This document shows positions 44,990-54,665 of a stretch of 64,000 bases of DNA, one piece after another. Both the position numbers and the translations under genes were made by a program. The notes beneath the pieces are model-generated. The model made no database searches, was not told the origin of the DNA, and saw nothing but the letters and a program-made list of their open reading frames with translations. Positions within the stretch are counted from its first letter, which is position 1. Every line of letters starts with the position of its first letter. The DNA comes from an uncultured Gammaproteobacteria bacterium (lineage in GTDB: Bacteria; Pseudomonadota; Gammaproteobacteria; Steroidobacterales; Woeseiaceae), in assembly GCA_963698895.1 (NCBI GenBank), contig CAVOSO010000005.1:6381-70380 (forward strand). The letters are read 5' to 3'.

Positions 44990-45925
44990 TCAGGTTTGCC
45001 TGGCGCTGAGTTCTTCGCAGTCGCGATCCCACTGGGGCGTGCCCGAAAATCGCTCGACGAGGTAGTCGATGAAGGCGCGCACGCGATACGACAGGTGCCG
45101 TGTCGGCGGATACACCGCGTAGGCCGGCGTTCTTGGCCAGTTATAACCGGTCAGGATCGGCACCAGGTTGCCGCGCCGAATGGCCTCGGATGCGAGGAAC
45201 GTCGGCTGGATGACGATACCCAGTCCATGCGCGGCGGCATTGGCCAGGAAGTCGCCGCTCGACGCGCGCAGCGCGGGCTTCACTTCGACCACGTGTTTCT
45301 TTCCCTTTGCGTCTTCCCAGGTCCAGCGATCCGGTTCCGCGAGGTTCGAGTAGACCAGGCAGTCATGGTTATGCAGCTCGTCCGGCGTCTCCGGCGTGCC
45401 ATGTGCTTTCAGGTAGTGCGGTGACGCGGCCAGCACGGTCTTCGCGTCGAACAGCTTGCGGGCGATGAGCGAGGAGTCCTTGAGATGGGCGATACGTATC
45501 GCGACGTCCATGCCTTCCTCGACGAGATCGATGTGCCGGTCGTTGAGATCGAGATCGAACTTCAGGTTCGGGTGGAGCTTGCCGAACGCCGCGATCGGCG
45601 TGCACATGTGGCGCACACCAAACGACAGCGGCAAGGCAACGCGCAACGTGCCGCGCAACTCACCGTGCTCCTGCTGCACGGCGGCCTCGGCTTCGTCGAG
45701 GTCCGCGAGGATGCGGGCGCTGTGCTCGTAGAAGTTCTGCCCGGTGCCGGTGAGGTTCAGGACGCGCGTCGTACGGCGCAATAGCTGCACCCCCAGGCGC
45801 TCTTCGAGGGCCGATATGCGGCGGCTGACGGCCGACTTCGCGGTGCCCAGGCGATCGGCGGCGGCTGTGAAGCTGCCCGCCTCGACCACGGCCACAAAGG
45901 CCTGTAAATCCTCAAATTTGTCCAT
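44990..45925 (-). CDS. LysR-family transcriptional regulator
   Basis: The N-terminal HTH reads FVAVVEAGSFTAAADRLGTAKSAVSRRISALEERLG. Typical 311-aa length. Divergent from azoR. Confidence 0.9.
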   Translation of the reverse strand: MDKFEDLQAFVAVVEAGSFTAAADRLGTAKSAVSRRISALEERLGVQLLRRTTRVLNLTGTGQNFYEHSARILADLDEAEAAVQQEHGELRGTLRVALPLSFGVRHMCTPIAAFGKLHPNLKFDLDLNDRHIDLVEEGMDVAIRIAHLKDSSLIARKLFDAKTVLAASPHYLKAHGTPETPDELHNHDCLVYSNLAEPDRWTWEDAKGKKHVVEVKPALRASSGDFLANAAAHGLGIVIQPTFLASEAIRRGNLVPILTGYNWPRTPAYAVYPPTRHLSYRVRAFIDYLVERFSGTPQWDRDCEELSARQT

Positions 45926-45962
45926 ATTGTTGCGTATTTTAGAACAATCTTGTCCTTTAAGC

Positions 45963-46001
45963 AGTATTTATCTTTAAATACTCAACAGACAGACTGTCTG
46001 C
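45963..46001. promoter_or_regulatory. LysR-type operator candidates: AGTATTTA-tctt-TAAATACT and CAGACAG-a-CTGTCTG
   Basis: Two perfect inverted repeats sit in the 110-nt divergent LysR/azoR intergenic region. Confidence 0.5.
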
Positions 46002-46035
46002 AACGTCAGGTAACAACGGCATCGGAGACATCGAC

Positions 46036-46659
46036 ATGACCGCATCAACAACACTCAACGTCCTGGAAGTACAGGCCAGCGCCCGCAGCGAAGGCTCGAT
46101 CAGCCGGGACCTCACCGCCGACCTCATCGCTGCGCTCGAAGCGCGCCATGGTGAGCTGAACATCACGCGCCGCGACCTCGCGAAGGGACTGCCCTTTATC
46201 GACGAGGCATGGGTTGCGGCCAACTTCACGCCGGACAAGGATCGCACCAGCACCCACCGGCAGATCCTGTCCCGCTCGGACGACCTCGTGGCCGAGTTGC
46301 AGGCGGCCGACGTCATCGTGATCGGCGCGCCGATGTACAATTTCTCGGTACCGGCTGTGCTGAAAGCCTGGATCGACATGATTGCCCGCGCCAGGCTGAC
46401 CTTCGAATACACCGAGAACGGCCCCCGGGGACTGCTCGAAGGCAAGAAGGCCTACGTCGTCGTGCCCTCCGGTGGCGTGCCCGTGGGCAGCCCGGCCGAT
46501 TTCGCAACGCCCTACCTGCGTCATGCCCTCAAGTTCGTCGGCATCACCGACGTCGAGTTCATCGGCGCCCAGGGCGCGGACCGCGGTAACGACGAAGCGC
46601 TGGACAGCGCACGTGCGCGCATCGCGGAGCTTGTGCACCTTGCGTCGCGTGCGGCGTGA
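46036..46659 (+). CDS. azoR: FMN-dependent NADH-azoreductase
   Basis: LEVQASARSEGSISR...DVIVIGAPMYNFSVPAVLKAWIDMIARA...GLLEGKKAYVVVPSGG. Confidence 0.85.
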   Translation: MTASTTLNVLEVQASARSEGSISRDLTADLIAALEARHGELNITRRDLAKGLPFIDEAWVAANFTPDKDRTSTHRQILSRSDDLVAELQAADVIVIGAPMYNFSVPAVLKAWIDMIARARLTFEYTENGPRGLLEGKKAYVVVPSGGVPVGSPADFATPYLRHALKFVGITDVEFIGAQGADRGNDEALDSARARIAELVHLASRAA

Positions 46660-47375
46660 ATACTATGGAGACAGCCATGTTCGACATCATTCGTTCCGAG
46701 GATCGCGGCGGCGCTGACCACGGCTGGCTGAAAGCGAAGCATACGTTCTCGTTTGCGGACTACCGGAACCCCGAGCGCGTGCGCTTCGGCAAGCTGCGCG
46801 TGATCAACGAGGACCGCATTGCGCCGGGAAAAGGCTTCGCGACGCACCCGCACCGGGACATGGAGATCGTGACCTACATCATCAGCGGGGCCATCGAGCA
46901 CAAGGACAGCATGGGCAACGGTACCGTGATCACGGCGGGCGAAGTGCAGCGCATGACGGCCGGCACCGGTGTCCTGCACAGCGAGTACAACCACTCATCC
47001 GACGAGGAACTCCATCTCCTGCAGATCTGGATCTTTCCGGAAGAGAACAACCTCGAACCGGGCTATGAGCAGACGCTGTTCAGCCGGGAGCAAAAGCTGA
47101 ACAAGCTTCGCCTGATCGGATCGCGCGACGGCCGGGACGGGTCGATCACCATCCACCAGGATGTCGACCTTTACGCAAGCGTTCTCGAGCAAGGGCACCA
47201 CGTTGTTCTCGACGACGTCGAGGACAGGCGCATCTTCGTGCAGGTCGTGTCCGGTGATGTGATCGTCAACGACGCGGAGCTTGCGGCAGGCGATGGCGCC
47301 CAGATCCGGGGCGCGCCGGCCATCCGTATCACGGCAAGCACCGACGCCGAAATCCTGTTGTTCAATATGAGCTAG
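46656..47375 (+). CDS. pirin family protein
   Basis: GWLKAKHTFSFADY...HPHRDMEIVTYIISGAIEHKDSMGN...LHSEYN. Overlaps the azoR stop by 4 nt. Confidence 0.85.
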   Translation: MNTMETAMFDIIRSEDRGGADHGWLKAKHTFSFADYRNPERVRFGKLRVINEDRIAPGKGFATHPHRDMEIVTYIISGAIEHKDSMGNGTVITAGEVQRMTAGTGVLHSEYNHSSDEELHLLQIWIFPEENNLEPGYEQTLFSREQKLNKLRLIGSRDGRDGSITIHQDVDLYASVLEQGHHVVLDDVEDRRIFVQVVSGDVIVNDAELAAGDGAQIRGAPAIRITASTDAEILLFNMS

Positions 47376-47398
47376 GCGCGATGGGTTAGAATGCCGCG

Positions 47399-49267
47399 AT
47401 GCGAAATCTGACCCTGCTAACAAGCCTTTGCCTGGCCGCCGCCTGTGGCGGCGGCGGAGGCACGACGACACCGCCCACCCCACTGCCTCCCCCGGCCGGT
47501 ACGACCATGATCTCGGCCGTACAGGGCAGTGGCGCCACGAGCCCGCTGGAGGGACAGACCGTCACCGTGCGCGGCATCGTGACGGGCGACTTCCAGGAGA
47601 ACGATGCCGACGATCGTCGCAACCTCGGCGGCTTCTATATCCAGGACGGACCGCCCGACCTGGACCTCGCGACTTCGGATGGCGTGTTCGTGTTCGATGG
47701 CGACAATCCCGCGACCGACATCGACGCGGGAGACCTCGTTGAGGTGACCGGTACGGTGGTCGAGCACTTCGGCGAAACACAGATCAGCGCAAGTTCCGTA
47801 CGCGTCGTGGGCCGCGGCGGCGTGGTCGCACGCCCACTGAGCCTGCCGTTCATTGCCGCAACGACCAACAGCGACGGCGACCCGGTCGCCGACCTCGAAC
47901 GCTACGAGGGGATGGTCGTCGAGCTGCTCGGCACGCTGACCGTGAGCGGTCATCACAACCTCGAGCGATTCGGTACGGTGGTCCTGTCGGAGGGCGGCCG
48001 CCTTGTGCAGTTCACGAACGGCAACGCGCCGGATATTGCGGGCTACACGGCACACAAAGAGATGAACGCGCGCCGCAGCATCGTCCTCGATGACGGCCTG
48101 CGCGTGCAGAACCCTGCCGAGATTCATTACCTCGATGCGGGCGCGGCAGCGAATTACTCCATTCGATCCGGCGACACGGTCGACGGGGTTACGGGTGTGC
48201 TGCGCTATTCCCGCGGCAGTGGTGGCAGTGGCGACGAGACGTGGCGCCTGATGCCGACCGTGGACCCGGTATTCACGGCAGCCAATCCCCGACCGAGCGC
48301 ACCCGCGGTCGGCGGCTCGGTTCGGGTCGCGAGCTTCAACGTGCTTAACTTTTTCACAACGATCGATGGCGGACAATCGAACTGCGGACCCCAGGCGGAT
48401 CAATCCTGCCGCGGTGCGGACAGCAGCACCGAGTACGCGCGGCAGCTCGAGAAAACCGTGACGGCGTTGACGATGCTCGACGCAGACATCATCGGGTTGA
48501 TCGAACTGGAGAACAATGCGAGCGAGTCCCTGGGTGCGCTGGCCGATGCCATGAACACACGCCTGGGTTCCGCGGACTATGCCTGGGTCGATACCGGGAC
48601 GATTCACGACGATGCCATCAAGACGGGCTTCCTGTATCGCAGCACGAGGGTGTCGACGCTGGGTAACTTTGCGTTGCTTAACCGCGGTGTCGACTCGCGC
48701 TTCAACGATGCCCGCAACCGCCCCGCGCTCGCGCAGTCATTTGTGCTCGATGCGGACGGCGCGGTTCTCACGGTTGCCGTGAATCACCTGAAGTCCAAGG
48801 GGTCGTCCTGCGACGCGGACGGTGACCCGAACCTCGGCGACGGCCAGGGAAACTGCAATATCACGAGAACCAACGCCGCCGCCGCGCTCGCGGACTGGCT
48901 GGCCACCGACCCGACTGGCAGCGGTGACAGTGACGTCTTGATTATCGGCGACCTGAATGCGTACCTCGAAGAGGACCCGCTGGCGACACTTGCCAACGCC
49001 GGCTTCACGAACCTGCTCCGCGCGCAGGCAGCGCCATATTCATTCGTATTCGACGCACAGGCCGGCGCGCTGGATCACGCCATCGTCTCCGCGAGCCTCG
49101 CGCCGCAGGTCGTGGCAACGATGGAGTGGCATATCAACGCCGACGAACCGCAACTGCTCGACTACAACCTCGAGAACGGTCGCGACCCGGGCCTGTTTGA
49201 CGGCACGACGCCGTACCGGGCATCGGACCACGACCCGGTCGTGATCGGCATCAACCTCAGCAACTAG
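47399..49267 (+). CDS. ExeM/NucH-family extracellular endonuclease lipoprotein
   Basis: Lipobox LCLAAACGG. ISAVQGSGATSPLEGQTVTVRGIVTGDF...GGFYIQD. C-terminal endonuclease/exonuclease/phosphatase-type region ending ...YRASDHDPVV. Confidence 0.8.
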   Translation: MRNLTLLTSLCLAAACGGGGGTTTPPTPLPPPAGTTMISAVQGSGATSPLEGQTVTVRGIVTGDFQENDADDRRNLGGFYIQDGPPDLDLATSDGVFVFDGDNPATDIDAGDLVEVTGTVVEHFGETQISASSVRVVGRGGVVARPLSLPFIAATTNSDGDPVADLERYEGMVVELLGTLTVSGHHNLERFGTVVLSEGGRLVQFTNGNAPDIAGYTAHKEMNARRSIVLDDGLRVQNPAEIHYLDAGAAANYSIRSGDTVDGVTGVLRYSRGSGGSGDETWRLMPTVDPVFTAANPRPSAPAVGGSVRVASFNVLNFFTTIDGGQSNCGPQADQSCRGADSSTEYARQLEKTVTALTMLDADIIGLIELENNASESLGALADAMNTRLGSADYAWVDTGTIHDDAIKTGFLYRSTRVSTLGNFALLNRGVDSRFNDARNRPALAQSFVLDADGAVLTVAVNHLKSKGSSCDADGDPNLGDGQGNCNITRTNAAAALADWLATDPTGSGDSDVLIIGDLNAYLEEDPLATLANAGFTNLLRAQAAPYSFVFDAQAGALDHAIVSASLAPQVVATMEWHINADEPQLLDYNLENGRDPGLFDGTTPYRASDHDPVVIGINLSN

Positions 49268-49270
49268 TGC

Positions 49271-50158
49271 CTATTCCGGTTTCCGGAACTTGAGCGTCAT
49301 GCGATTGGACTCGCCAACCGCTTCGAGCTCGGCCCTGAGCTCCGGATTGTCCGCGCTCGTTGCCAGCGTGGGCGGCAGGCGCCAGACGATATCGTCCTCG
49401 CCCGGCTGATCCTTCGGGTTTGCGTTGATATCGCTCTCCCCGACGTACTCAAAGCCGGCGGCCTCCGCTGCGGCGATGACGAAGCCCTTCTTCAGGTAAC
49501 CGTGGCTGCCGTCGGCGAAGGCATCCGGCATTTCGTCGCGCGCATGATGCTGCACGACGCCGAAGACGCCACCCGGTTTCAGAACGGCATAGGCATCGGC
49601 CAGTGCGGTTGTAAGAAAGCCACCCTGCGATTCGAATCTCGCAAGATTGTGCAGGACGCGTGCGAAGAACACGACGTCGGCCGTGCCTTTCATTTCCTCG
49701 GGCAGGGACCCCATGACGAACGCATCCACGCTCGCCCCTGACTCGCCGCGCCAGGCTTGCGCATCGGCGGGAAAGTCGGTCGTCCACGTACTTTGCTTCT
49801 CCATGAACTCTGCTGTACCGAACGCGAAGTTGGGCCAGATTTCCATCGCATAGTTGGCGCCGATGAGATGACCTTCGCTGCCGAGGTACGGCAGCAGGAC
49901 CTTCGTGTACCAGCCACCTCCTGGCAGGCCTTCAACCACGGTCATGCCTGGCTCGATACCGATGAACTCGAGCGTCTCTTTGGGATGGCGGTACTCGTAG
50001 CGGGCCTTCATTTCATCGGGCTGGGCATCGAGAACAGCCGCCAACGGATCCATCTCCGCTACGGGTTCCACCGGGGCCGGCGTCTCGGCAACGGGTTCAG
50101 CGGCCTGCTGGCAACCGAAAAGTATGAGGGCAGACAATAGGGCTAGACTGTATTTCAT
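49271..50158 (-). CDS. class I SAM-dependent methyltransferase-like lipoprotein
   Basis: Lipobox ALILFGCQ. VVEGLPGGGWYT is a motif I-like glycine loop. LKPGGVFGVVQHH. Confidence 0.7.
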   Translation of the reverse strand: MKYSLALLSALILFGCQQAAEPVAETPAPVEPVAEMDPLAAVLDAQPDEMKARYEYRHPKETLEFIGIEPGMTVVEGLPGGGWYTKVLLPYLGSEGHLIGANYAMEIWPNFAFGTAEFMEKQSTWTTDFPADAQAWRGESGASVDAFVMGSLPEEMKGTADVVFFARVLHNLARFESQGGFLTTALADAYAVLKPGGVFGVVQHHARDEMPDAFADGSHGYLKKGFVIAAAEAAGFEYVGESDINANPKDQPGEDDIVWRLPPTLATSADNPELRAELEAVGESNRMTLKFRKPE

Positions 50159-50262
50159 GATGAACCTCGGAGCGCGTGTGTTGGTTCGGATGAGTATGCG
50201 TCACTCGGGATCGCTCAACAACGTGTGCAGTTCCATGGCAGGACACCGGTGATGGCGCGGAC

Positions 50263-51024
50263 TTATCTCGCCGCCGTATCGAGGAAGTCGATCGCTTCGT
50301 CGAGATCGTCGTATTCGGGCGTGCTGTGGCCCATACCGCGAATAACCATGAGCCTCGTGTTTTCGACGCCTGCCTTGCGGAAAGCACGGTTTGCCCGCCG
50401 GGACTCGCCGAGCGCCGAGTCCCGCTCGCCCGTGAGAAACACGTAGCGATTCGATCGCATTTTCTCGAGGTCCCCGGGACTTTCGAGCTGCGACGTCTCG
50501 GCCCCACAGAAGAAGATACCGCCCGTAAACAGGTTCGGATTGCTGGTCGCGAGCATGGTTGCGGCCTTGCCGCCCCCGGAAAAGCCGCTGATATAAAAGC
50601 GTTCGCGGTCTACGACGTAGTCTATTTCGATTGCCAGGACGGCGAGTGTCGCCATCAAGATGCGGCGCCGGACCAGGACCCAGTTGCCGGACTGGTTGGC
50701 GCCGATCCAGATGAGGTTGCGGTCGTCCATGACCCGGTTCCACCGGTAGGGAAGTCGACCGGATCTCGTGGGGCTTATGTAGACGAGCACTCCAGGCGGC
50801 GAGTCGGCCCGATAGCCTTCCGGCACGTAGACTTCCCAGGTGATCGCTTCGTCGGGCGCGATGACGGCTTCGACTTCGCTCGCAGCCTCGCCCAGCAGTT
50901 CCTCTGCGGTGAACGTGAGCGTGAGCCGGCCGGTGGCTGCCGAGAGCTCATCGGTGTTTGCGCCGTGCGTCGAGGCCGTCGCGATGAACGCGACGAGGGT
51001 GCATAGTCTTGCGACGCCCTTCAT
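50263..51024 (-). CDS. secreted alpha/beta-hydrolase (esterase) family protein
   Basis: Signal peptide. Nucleophile elbow ISGFSGGGKAA. C-terminal RGMGHSTP. Confidence 0.6.
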   Translation of the reverse strand: MKGVARLCTLVAFIATASTHGANTDELSAATGRLTLTFTAEELLGEAASEVEAVIAPDEAITWEVYVPEGYRADSPPGVLVYISPTRSGRLPYRWNRVMDDRNLIWIGANQSGNWVLVRRRILMATLAVLAIEIDYVVDRERFYISGFSGGGKAATMLATSNPNLFTGGIFFCGAETSQLESPGDLEKMRSNRYVFLTGERDSALGESRRANRAFRKAGVENTRLMVIRGMGHSTPEYDDLDEAIDFLDTAAR

Positions 51025-51032
51025 GCCTTCAT

Positions 51033-51359
51033 CTATAGGTCTGTGCTGGTTTCCGGTTTCGGCGGTTCAACCTGCAGTTCTTTTTGTTCAAGCATGATTG
51101 AGCGGCTGTTGTCTTCTTGCGCCTTGTCAGCCGCTTCTTTGTCTTTCAGGAACGCTTCGTACTCACTCGACAGTGCTTCCGCGCGCTCCTGGTGTTGCTC
51201 TTCCTTGTACTCGGCCGAGGTTTCGCGAACGCCTGAAATCACGTGGCTCGCCGGAAAACCAGCCGCTTGATCGATGACCGAATCGCGCAAACCGGCGCAG
51301 CCACCCAGCAATACAAGAACGAGGCCGGCGAACAGCCAATAGGCTCTATTTCCAAGCAA
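51033..51359 (-). CDS. small lipoprotein, unknown function
   Basis: WLFAGLVLVLLGGCAG is a lipobox. 108 aa with a charged C-terminal part. Confidence 0.5.
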   Translation of the reverse strand: MLGNRAYWLFAGLVLVLLGGCAGLRDSVIDQAAGFPASHVISGVRETSAEYKEEQHQERAEALSSEYEAFLKDKEAADKAQEDNSRSIMLEQKELQVEPPKPETSTDL

Positions 51360-51469
51360 TGCTGTATCTCCTTTGAAGAATGACCGGGGCGACCACTACC
51401 GATCAGACGCACTAGCGGACCAGTTTATCACCTCGCTTGCCGGCCAGGAGCAGACCGACGCCTGCGAAC

Positions 51470-51889
51470 TCACTTGCCAATGATCTCTTTCCTTGCGTCC
51501 GCCAGCCCCGAGGTTAGCAGCACCCAGCCGCCGACGAGCGTCCCGCCGATGGGCCAGGGAAGGCCGACCACGATACCGGCCAGCAGCGCCTTCAGGGTTG
51601 CACTCCACAATGCATCGTTTGCTGCCTTCCGCTGCGCCAGGAAGGCGCCCCCGCTGCCCAGCACAAAGCCAAGGACCATCACGACCGGTGTCGCCAGCCA
51701 GGCCGAGAGGACGTTCGATGAGAACAGCAGCCAGTCCAGTACCAGGATCCACAGGCCTGTGGCGGGGAGGATTAGTCGCCGCTGCTTTGGATGAAAGAGC
51801 CAACGCACGAGGCCTCCGGACTTGCGCGACGGCGCTTGCTCATCCGTTTCCGGATTTTCGACTTTGGATTCAGTCACGTCGTTCATCAA
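51470..51889 (-). CDS. small integral membrane protein
   Basis: 139 aa with an acidic N-terminus followed by three or four TM segments. Confidence 0.5.
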   Translation of the reverse strand: MMNDVTESKVENPETDEQAPSRKSGGLVRWLFHPKQRRLILPATGLWILVLDWLLFSSNVLSAWLATPVVMVLGFVLGSGGAFLAQRKAANDALWSATLKALLAGIVVGLPWPIGGTLVGGWVLLTSGLADARKEIIGK

Positions 51890-51930
51890 CTATTTGCGTG
51901 CCATGGCGCGTCTTCTCCTCGCGGTCAATA

Positions 51931-53217
51931 TTAGCTGGTTGTATCGACACCGGGCCAGCGTGCCGCTGATTGATTGCGCTGCAGCCAGAGCAACCAGCCG
52001 ACGACGACCATGCCCACCGTCGCAACAACCGCGAGGAACAGGAAGTAGTTCTGGTGGCCGACAGGCCCCGGGTTTGCATCGAGTATGCGGCCGGTGATCG
52101 GCCCGAAGAATATTTCCGGCGTGTAGCCGATGAAGGACACCGTTCCCGCGACCGCACCTGTCAGGTACGGCGGCACCCGGTTCTCTTCAAGCAACGCGAA
52201 ATAGACACCGCGCAGCATGAATACGGCGAACACGCTGACCAGCAGGTTGCCGTAGATGATGTACAGCCCGGCGCCGACCGGCATGTAGATGGCCAGCGCT
52301 GCGTAGGAAACGACGAGCATCATGAAACAGGCACCGACGGTCTTCCCGGCCGCCCAGCGATCGGCAATCAAACCCGCGACGACAGCCGCAACAGGTCGCA
52401 CGTAGGTGGCATAGGCCGTGATCCTGGCGCCATCGACCTCATTCATGCCGAGCACCTGCACGGCATACAGCGAATAGTTGTCGAAGCCCTTGTAGCCGCA
52501 GTACGCGCAGATGATCACGCCCGCCTGTGCCCAGACGAGAGGACGACCGAGCACCGCGACGGCATTGCGAAACAGGGCGATCGTCGAGTCACCGATGTGT
52601 TTGATAGCTGGGATGAACAGCCAGGTCAGTGCGGCCGTCGCGAGCGTCACACCCGAGTAAAAGAAGATGACCCAGCGAAAGGCGTCGCGACGCTCGTCGT
52701 TGTTGAGCTGGTCCAGGTTGTCGGGCATGAATGAGGCGAGCAGGACCACGCCGAGTGAGGCAAGCAATGCAGCCACCAGCCCGCGGCCGCCCTCGAGAAT
52801 CCCGAATGCCATGCCCTGCTCGTCATGACCGCCCCATTCACGCGTCGCCCGTATCAGCGCTGCCCAGAACAACAGGATCGTCGTGATGCCCCAGTAGCCG
52901 AACAGTAGCGCGAGGCCAACGGAGCCGGGGAATGTCGCCATGTACAGGCCACCCGCACTGGTGGTGATCAGCGATGCCGTCAGCAGGCCTCTTGCGGAAA
53001 ACCGATCTGCCAATGCGCCGCCAGGGAAGTAAGCTATCATGGCCATGATGCCGTACACGGCGAAAAAATCACCCAGCTGCGTGTTCGTCAGCTCGAAGGC
53101 TTCGAGCATGGTGGGCCGAAAGAAGCGCGTCGTGTGAAACGGGAGCAGGAATACGATTTCCCCCGCAAAGATGAGCGTCAGCATGAGCATGAAGCGTGAC
53201 AACATCCAAACAACCAT
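51931..53217 (-). CDS. MFS transporter
   Basis: About 12 hydrophobic segments and the typical loop GALADRFSARG. Start set at the ATG at 53217 (53205 is also possible). The longer ORF to 53322 would overlap the divergent M64 gene. Confidence 0.8.
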   Translation of the reverse strand: MVVWMLSRFMLMLTLIFAGEIVFLLPFHTTRFFRPTMLEAFELTNTQLGDFFAVYGIMAMIAYFPGGALADRFSARGLLTASLITTSAGGLYMATFPGSVGLALLFGYWGITTILLFWAALIRATREWGGHDEQGMAFGILEGGRGLVAALLASLGVVLLASFMPDNLDQLNNDERRDAFRWVIFFYSGVTLATAALTWLFIPAIKHIGDSTIALFRNAVAVLGRPLVWAQAGVIICAYCGYKGFDNYSLYAVQVLGMNEVDGARITAYATYVRPVAAVVAGLIADRWAAGKTVGACFMMLVVSYAALAIYMPVGAGLYIIYGNLLVSVFAVFMLRGVYFALLEENRVPPYLTGAVAGTVSFIGYTPEIFFGPITGRILDANPGPVGHQNYFLFLAVVATVGMVVVGWLLWLQRNQSAARWPGVDTTS

Positions 53218-53242
53218 ACAGGATCGCCCGAGGAGATGGCTG

Positions 53243-54650
53243 ATGAAACGAATTTCACTGGTCGCGTTACTGTTTACGCTGGGTTTCGCGTCGGCAGCGG
53301 TCGCAGGCGCCCCCGGAACCATGCGTGTCGACTATTTTCACGGCGGTAACAACACGACGGAGATGTTTTCGCTCGACCAGGTGGTCGTCGAGCCGTTGCC
53401 CTGGACGGGCAATATGGCACAGCCGCTCGACAAGACGTCGCGCGGCAAATACCTGTTCGAGATCGTCGATCCGGAGAGCGGCAATGTCGCCTGGTCGCGC
53501 AGCTTCAGCAGCATCTACGGCGAGTGGGAGACGACGGGCGAGTCGCGGCAGATCAACCGCTCGTTTCACGAGTCGGTGCGATTCCCGGCGCAGGAAGCAA
53601 CGTTCGAGCTGGTCATCAAGAAGCGCGGGCCCGGCAACGAATTCGTCGAGGTCTGGCGCATCAAGCTCGATCCGACGGACGTACTCGTGCATCACGAGTC
53701 GGCCATGTATGCCGAACACGTCGTTGCGATTCACACGAGCGGCGACCCGGCGACCAAGGTCGACCTGCTGCTCATGGGTGACGGCTACACGGCCGACAGA
53801 GCACGACAAGTTCATTGCGAGGGCCAAGGAACTGACCGAAGTCCTGTTCGCCACGTCGCCCTTCAAGGAGCGCATGGACGACTTCAACGTCTGGGCCATC
53901 GCGCCGCCGGCCGCCGAGTCCGGCGTATCCCGGCCGTCAACGGGCACCTTCCGGGATTCACCCATCGGCGCGACCTACGACGCGTTTCGTTCCGAGCGCT
54001 ACGTGCTGACGTTCGATAACAAGTCGATGCGCCGCATCGCGTCGTCAACGCCCTACGATTTCATCGAGATACTGACCAACACCGAGGTGTACGGTGGCGG
54101 CGGTATTTACGGCCTGTACAGCACGGCGGCGGCGAACAGCGAATGGGCGCCCTACCTGTTCGTGCACGAGTTCGGTCATCACTTTGCCGGGCTGGCGGAC
54201 GAGTACTACACGAGCTCCGTCATGTACGAGGCGCCGACCGAGATCACGGAACCCTACGAGCCCAACGTCACGGCCCTGCTCGATCCGGACAACCTCAAGT
54301 GGAAGCACCTCATGACGCCGAACACGCCGCTGCCGACGTCGTGGCCCAAGGAAAAGTTTGAGAAGCACTCTATCGCCTACCAGGAAATCCGTCGCCAGAT
54401 GCGGGCCGACAACGTGCCCGAAGCCGAGATGAACAAGCTGTTCCGCGACAACCAGGTGTTCGTGGAGAACCTGTTCGACGAGTCGGGCCGCAAGGGTGTG
54501 GTCGGTGCGTTCGAGGGCGGCAACTACCAGGCAACAGGCTATTACCGGTCGGAGCAGAACTGCATCATGTTCACGAGAACCGAGGCGTTCTGCGCGGTAT
54601 GCGCAGAAGCGATAGAGAAAGTTATTGATGAGTACACGTTGGAGAAATAG
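53243..54650 (+). pseudogene. M64 (IgA-peptidase-like) zinc metallopeptidase with one frameshift near 53790-53800
   Basis: ORF 53171..54019 reads MKRISLVALLFTLGFASAAVA...LLLMGDGYTAD. It continues in ORF 53325..54650 from ...EHDKFIARAKEL to the stop. The zinc site FVHEFGHHFAGLADEY is in the second frame. Confidence 0.75.
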
Positions 54651-54665
54651 ACGCTGGAGAGGACC

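Noticed and set aside
47417-48607. 396-aa minus-strand ORF
   Set aside because: It is antisense to the ExeM/NucH nuclease gene and has no recognisable motifs.
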